A stretch of 56,909 bases of DNA from a bacterium (GTDB lineage Bacteria; Patescibacteriota; Patescibacteriia; Patescibacteriales; Patescibacteriaceae): the NCBI GenBank assembly GCA_035411265.1, contig DAONSQ010000001.1:1-56909 (forward strand). The letters run 5' to 3'. How positions within the stretch are numbered: position 1 is the stretch's first letter; each line of letters starts with the position of its first letter. The notes beneath the pieces are model-generated. The model was not told where the DNA came from. It saw only the letters and a list, made by a program, of their open reading frames with translations, and did no database searches. Shown here one piece after another: positions 52,312 to 56,909 of this stretch. The position numbers and the translations under genes are program-made.

Positions 52312-53319
52312 TCAATTTCTTTGACCCAATTGGCCGCAAGCACCAACAACATCCTGCCCCATACTCAACCTTTCAGTGACACTATAACCTCGCCTCTTTA
52401 AAATATTAATAAAATCGCGACGACTACTCGCTCGGCTTGGGCGAAAATCACTTTCACCCGGATTATAGGTTAATAGATTGACAACGATTAAGTTCTTGGG
52501 GAAATCATTTAAAAAATCAGCTAATTTTTCCGCTTGGATCAAATTATCATTCACGCCATCTAGCATCAAGTATTCCATCATAATCCGCCGATTGGTAATC
52601 TGCGCATAGTCTAGCATGGCTTTTTTAACTTGTTCTAAATTATAACGTTTATTGATTGGCATTAGTCGATCACGCAAACGATTGTCAGCAGCATGAAGCG
52701 ACCAAGCCAACTTTATTTGTTGGCCAAATTTTATTAGTTGCTTAATTTCCGTAACCAAGCCAACCGTTGAAATCGCCATATGCCGCCAACCAATCGCCAA
52801 AGTTTCTGGATTATGAAAAATTTCAATTGCTTTTAAAACTTCGGCGAGATTGAGAAGCGGTTCACCCATACCCATAAAAACAAGGTTATCGACTTTTTCC
52901 TCGACTAAAGCCAATCGCCTTTGCCAAAGCAGCACTTGCTCCACTATTTCATAAGCCTTTAGATTCCTGCGAAAACCAAGCTGGCCAGTACTGCAAAAAG
53001 AACATTGAAGCGGACAGCCGACTTGCGAAGACAAACAAACTGTTCGACGGCCATCGCTATGGCGCATCAAAACCGTCTCAATTACTTGACCGTCAGATAG
53101 TTCCAACCGAGCTTTTTCAGCTTGTTCGTCTTTTTGACTAAAAATTTCAGCTTTAATTTCCAATGAACAATTATCTTTTAACCATTGACGATCACTAGAA
53201 GGCAGAGTTGTAACTTCAGACCAATCAGTTATTAATTGTTGAAAAACAGCCTTTTCTAATTGTCGACAACGAAAAGCCGGATGACTGCTAATAAAATCTT
53301 GCCACGCTAACCAATTCAT
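52312..53319 (-). CDS. rlmN: 23S rRNA/tRNA adenine-C2 methyltransferase RlmN (radical SAM)
   Basis: 335 aa. Radical-SAM cluster motif GCPLQCSFCSTG, GMGEPLLN, and C-terminal GACGQL. Confidence 0.9.
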   Translation of the reverse strand: MNWLAWQDFISSHPAFRCRQLEKAVFQQLITDWSEVTTLPSSDRQWLKDNCSLEIKAEIFSQKDEQAEKARLELSDGQVIETVLMRHSDGRRTVCLSSQVGCPLQCSFCSTGQLGFRRNLKAYEIVEQVLLWQRRLALVEEKVDNLVFMGMGEPLLNLAEVLKAIEIFHNPETLAIGWRHMAISTVGLVTEIKQLIKFGQQIKLAWSLHAADNRLRDRLMPINKRYNLEQVKKAMLDYAQITNRRIMMEYLMLDGVNDNLIQAEKLADFLNDFPKNLIVVNLLTYNPGESDFRPSRASSRRDFINILKRRGYSVTERLSMGQDVVGACGQLGQRN

Positions 53320-53424
53320 AATTATTTAAATAGTTGTTCAAATTACCTAGTAATGGTATACTTTCAGCATCAAGAAAGCAAGCTTTGACTATGTTTTATC
53401 CATATCAAAGCCGATTAAAAAGAT

Positions 53425-55971
53425 ATGGTTAAAAAAAGAAAAAATAGCCCCTTGGGCGATCAACCTGGCTTAAATTATTTATCCCTAGGCGGGCCAACCC
53501 TCAGTGATGAAGCTAAAAAAAGCTTAATCGCCATTATTTTAGCCTTGTTAGCCGCTATTAGTCTCTTAAGCTTAGTTCAGCCAGACGGCCTAATCGGTCA
53601 ATATCTATATAGTTCCATCAGGCAAGCTTTAGGCTGGGGACGTTGGTTTTTGCCAATTTTTCTCTTAGCTCTAGCAGTTTTTATTTATTATCGTGAACGA
53701 TTAAAGATTACCACCACCAAATTTATTGGCTGGGGTTTACTATTTATCGGTCTGCAAAGTTTTTTCCATTTTTGCCTAAATAATAACGACTGGCTTAGTT
53801 TAGCCAAGGAAGGTCAAGGCGGCGGCTACGTCGGCTTTGGTCTTACTTGGGCCTTAACTCAACTTTTTGGTTATTGGTCAAGTTGGGTTTTAACTATTGT
53901 TCTTTTAATTGTGAGTTTTATTTTTATTTTCAATACTAATCTCAGCCGTTTACTTGGCCGACAAAGTATTTTTAATAAAATCTTAATTGAACCTTTAGTT
54001 GGTGGCTTTCGTTATCTTTATCAACTTTTTAGTCGACGCAATTTTTCTGAAGATTTATCAGCTGAAGAGGAGCTTTCAACTATTTATACTCCTGAACCAG
54101 AATTAGCTGAGCTTTTAGATGAAACACCTCTACCTCTCAAGAGAAAACCTCTACTCACCCCCACTGAACAAAAAATTCCCGAAGCCAAAATCAATCCTGA
54201 ACCCAAAAAAGATAAAAGCATTAAAACTACGGCTGGCAAAATTGACTTGCCAATTGATCTTTTAGATAAACAATTAGATAAACCTGAAAGTGGCGACACC
54301 GTTGTTAGTGGTCAAAGAATTAAAACCACTCTAGAAAATTTTGATATCCCAGTTAGCATTTCCGAAATCACTGTTGGCCCAACCATTACCCAATATGCTA
54401 TTAAACCAGCCGAGGGTATTCGTTTGGAAAAAATTACCGGTCTCGCGGGTAATCTGTCCATGGCCTTGGCCGCTCCTCACCCCATCCGTATTGAAGCACC
54501 AATTCCTGGCAAATCTTTAGTTGGTATTGAAGTTCCCAATCAGACCATTGCCACTGTTGGCCTAAGAGATATGTTTGATAACCCCACTTTCCGCCAACGT
54601 AAAACCAACACCATGATTGCTCTTGGTAAAGACGTTACTGGCAAAGTTTGGCTCGAAGACTTGGCCTCAATGCCTCACCTTTTGGTGGCCGGTACTACTG
54701 GTTCTGGTAAATCAGTTATGCTTAATTGTATTATTCTGAGCCTGCTTTACGAAAATAGTCCTGAGGATTTGCGCCTGATCATGGTCGATCCAAAAAGAGT
54801 TGAACTTAGTATTTACAATGATATCCCTCATCTTTTAACACCAGTTGTTAATGAGGCTAGTAAAACCATTAATGCTCTGGGTTGGGCCCTAAATGAAATG
54901 AGCCGCCGCCTGGAGATGTTTCAAGGCTGCCATGCTAAAGATATCAAAAGCTACAATCAGCAATTTCCTAATCAAAAAATCCCTTACATTGTTTTCGTTA
55001 TCGATGAATTAGCTGACTTAATGATGATGTCGAGAAAAGAAGTTGAAGCTAGTATCATCCGCTTAGCACAAATGTCTCGCGCTGCTGGCATCCATTTAAT
55101 CTTAGCTACTCAACGACCAAGCGTTGACGTTATTACCGGCGTCATTAAAGGCAATATGCCAGCTCGTATTGCTTTTACTGTGGCTTCCCAAGTTGATTCT
55201 CGCACTATTTTAGACACGGCTGGTGCTGAAAGGCTTATGGGTAAAGGCGATATGCTTTTTAGTTCCCCGCGTCTAGCCAAACCTGTTCGTATTCAAGGTG
55301 CTTTTGTTGGCGAAGGCGAAATTAAACGTATTGTCACTTATATTAAAGCTCGTAGCGGCGAACCACAATATGTTAGCGATATTGTCGAAAAACAAAGCGT
55401 TCCTGACTTGCCCAATGGTGGCGCTCTAGCTAGTAGTTCAGTTGAAGGTAGTGATGATTTACTAGAAAGAGCTAAAGAAGCTGTTGTTAAAAGCGGCCGC
55501 GCCTCAGCCACTTATCTGCAAAGAATGTTTAAAATCGGCTATCCACGCGCTGCCAGCTTACTGGACCAATTAGAAGAACAAGGCGTCATTGGTCCAGTTA
55601 ATGGTGCTAAACCTCGCGAAATCTATATTAGTCCTGAAGAATATAGCGCCCAGCAAAATCAAACTATGAGCGCTCAACCGCTCCACAACCCCGCTAATGT
55701 TCAGCCACCAGAAAATTATTTAGCTAGTGAAATCTGGTCCGAAGAAATGACGCCAGCCGAAGAAGATGATAACGCCAATGAACCAGATCAGGCCGAAGAA
55801 GAAACTGATGATGAACTGCCAGTAATTGCTAGCAAACAAATTTTAGCTGACATTTATAGTGAGCCTAGCGAAAACGAAACCACTAACGATGACGAAACTG
55901 ATCAAAAAATAACTAAAAGATCTTCTGACTTTGATGATGATGAAGATCAAGAAAAATACTTTAGCCATTAA
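53425..55971 (+). CDS. ftsK: DNA translocase FtsK/SpoIIIE with an extra acidic C-terminal tail
   Basis: 848 aa. N-terminal TM domain, linker, motor domain (Walker A GTTGSGKSV, Walker B FVIDELADLMM), and gamma winged helix (YLQRMFKIGYPRAASLLDQLEEQGVIGP). About 110 additional D/E-rich residues follow. Confidence 0.95.
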   Translation: MVKKRKNSPLGDQPGLNYLSLGGPTLSDEAKKSLIAIILALLAAISLLSLVQPDGLIGQYLYSSIRQALGWGRWFLPIFLLALAVFIYYRERLKITTTKFIGWGLLFIGLQSFFHFCLNNNDWLSLAKEGQGGGYVGFGLTWALTQLFGYWSSWVLTIVLLIVSFIFIFNTNLSRLLGRQSIFNKILIEPLVGGFRYLYQLFSRRNFSEDLSAEEELSTIYTPEPELAELLDETPLPLKRKPLLTPTEQKIPEAKINPEPKKDKSIKTTAGKIDLPIDLLDKQLDKPESGDTVVSGQRIKTTLENFDIPVSISEITVGPTITQYAIKPAEGIRLEKITGLAGNLSMALAAPHPIRIEAPIPGKSLVGIEVPNQTIATVGLRDMFDNPTFRQRKTNTMIALGKDVTGKVWLEDLASMPHLLVAGTTGSGKSVMLNCIILSLLYENSPEDLRLIMVDPKRVELSIYNDIPHLLTPVVNEASKTINALGWALNEMSRRLEMFQGCHAKDIKSYNQQFPNQKIPYIVFVIDELADLMMMSRKEVEASIIRLAQMSRAAGIHLILATQRPSVDVITGVIKGNMPARIAFTVASQVDSRTILDTAGAERLMGKGDMLFSSPRLAKPVRIQGAFVGEGEIKRIVTYIKARSGEPQYVSDIVEKQSVPDLPNGGALASSSVEGSDDLLERAKEAVVKSGRASATYLQRMFKIGYPRAASLLDQLEEQGVIGPVNGAKPREIYISPEEYSAQQNQTMSAQPLHNPANVQPPENYLASEIWSEEMTPAEEDDNANEPDQAEEETDDELPVIASKQILADIYSEPSENETTNDDETDQKITKRSSDFDDDEDQEKYFSH

Positions 55972-55982
55972 GCGCTATTCTT

Positions 55983-56384
55983 ATGATTAAAAAAAATTCT
56001 TCCACTAAAACTAATACTACCGAAAATAATGACTGGCTGCTAGCTAGCAGCCATGAGGGGCAGCTTTCTTTAGATATCTATCAAAATGAAAAAAATCTAA
56101 TTGTTAAATCAACTATTGCCGGAGCTCGTCCAGAAGACATTCAAATATCCATCAAAAATGATCTTTTAACTATCCGCGGCAAACGTGATTTACCTAATGA
56201 TATTGCTGATGCTGATTTCTTATTTCGTGAATGTTATTGGGGCTCTTTTTCTCGTTCCATTATTTTACCAATTGATGTTCAGGCCGATAAAATTAAAGCC
56301 TCTATGGATAATGGTGTTTTAACTATTACCTTGCCTAAAGCACCGGAAGCCAAACAGATTGTTATTAAAGTCAAAAATCAATAA
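55983..56384 (+). CDS. Hsp20/alpha-crystallin small heat-shock protein
   Basis: 133 aa. Alpha-crystallin domain: LSLDIYQNEKNLIVKSTIAG...YWGSFSRSIILP...I.ASMDNGVLTITLPK. Confidence 0.88.
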   Translation: MIKKNSSTKTNTTENNDWLLASSHEGQLSLDIYQNEKNLIVKSTIAGARPEDIQISIKNDLLTIRGKRDLPNDIADADFLFRECYWGSFSRSIILPIDVQADKIKASMDNGVLTITLPKAPEAKQIVIKVKNQ

Positions 56385-56386
56385 TT

Positions 56387-56599
56387 ATGTACTGCCAGCT
56401 AACTTTAAAAAATTTAACCGACAGTCAAGCTGTTCTTATCAATAAGCAAGGTCAAGAATTTATTTGGCCAGCTAATCAATTGCCCCAAGGCAGCCAGGTT
56501 GGCAATATTTTTAATTGCGCCTTAATAAACCCAGTTAATCTGGAAGAGTCTGATCAAGTCATTGCTAAAAGCATTCTCAATGAACTCCTAAACATCTAA
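56387..56599 (+). CDS. Hypothetical small protein
   Basis: 70-aa ORF starting 2 nt after the hsp20 stop. No family recognised. Confidence 0.5.
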   Translation: MYCQLTLKNLTDSQAVLINKQGQEFIWPANQLPQGSQVGNIFNCALINPVNLEESDQVIAKSILNELLNI

Positions 56600-56609
56600 T
56601 CTAAACCCT

Positions 56610-56909
56610 ATGCCCATCCCCAAAATAACCCTATCAAAACCAAATAAAACTTGGCTGATTTGGTTGTTATCAAGCTTGGGCTTCATTTTAATCGCCCTGG
56701 CTGGCGGTAGTTACTACACTCTCAAACATTACGAAAATCGCTTTCTACCCAATACTACAATTGGCAGCCTAGACATTTCTGGATTAACACCCAGTCAAGC
56801 CGAACAACTCCTCTCGAGCCACTGGAATAAATTAAGCCAAACTGGCTGGATTTTTCAACTAAACAATACCACCAAGATTATCAAACCAACCACTGGCTCA
56901 GTTGAAGGC
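56610..56909 (+). CDS. Membrane-anchored protein, VanW/YoaR-like N-terminus, 3' end cut by window edge
   Basis: Hand translation gives MPIPKITLSKPNKTWLIWLLSSLGFILIALAGGSYYTLKHYENRFLPNTTIGSLDISGLTPSQAEQLL.... A TM anchor followed by ...I.G.DISGLT..QA is the usual opening of VanW-family proteins. The frame is open to the last base. Confidence 0.55.
   Translation, partial: MPIPKITLSKPNKTWLIWLLSSLGFILIALAGGSYYTLKHYENRFLPNTTIGSLDISGLTPSQAEQLLSSHWNKLSQTGWIFQLNNTTKIIKPTTGSVEG

Noticed and set aside
1-56909. Alternative genetic code (UGA recoding, as in some CPR lineages)
   Set aside because: All long housekeeping ORFs are intact under the standard code, and TGA is used as a genuine stop, for example by the 126-aa gene at 33079.

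Overview
Dense chromosomal segment, moderately AT-rich and in the standard genetic code (TGA is used as a stop). Gene content and style suggest a small-genome, Patescibacteria/CPR-like bacterium; that lineage call is inference only. I support about 55 CDS, 5 tRNAs (Val-CAC, Ala-CGC, Pro-CGG, Leu-GAG, Val-UAC) and a type-A RNase P RNA that the ORF track hides under a spurious N-terminal extension. Housekeeping genes dominate. Replication and repair: gyrB (runs off the 5' edge), dnaE, recJ, rnhA, uvrA, ruvB, rmuC, ftsK. Translation and tRNA modification: lepA, rplS, rpmF, metG, cca, queA, queH, tsaC, tsaE, rlmN, rnc, nusB. There is a pgk-eno-(PGM-like)-ackA fermentation operon. Envelope genes are two GT4 glycosyltransferases, a sugar-phosphate transferase, murJ, lspA and a Wzy_C fusion; pilT, an SPFH protein and hsp20 are also present. 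I saw no transposase, integrase, CRISPR array, rRNA or reverse transcriptase. Several ORF-track starts are TTG/GTG extensions, and I re-set them to downstream ATGs (recJ, pgk, pilT, queH, rmuC, the exonuclease, the Nudix gene, the sugar transferase). Regions worth a second look: (1) a 0.5 kb non-coding stretch upstream of lepA, with three SD-preceded micro-ORFs and a terminator/anti-terminator fold; (2) a divergent pair of secreted enzymes sharing an unrecognised repeated N-terminal module; (3) a Wzy_C fusion next to a secreted Cys-repeat/Gly-Ser-Thr protein; (4) a tRNA-adjacent AT-rich islet with a Nudix gene, an orphan receiver and a Cys-cluster protein; (5) a small gene whose SD, start codon and first 19 codons are perfectly tandem-duplicated. 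Strong Shine-Dalgarno sites occur almost only on these orphan genes. All calls rest on by-eye motif recognition; no searches were run.
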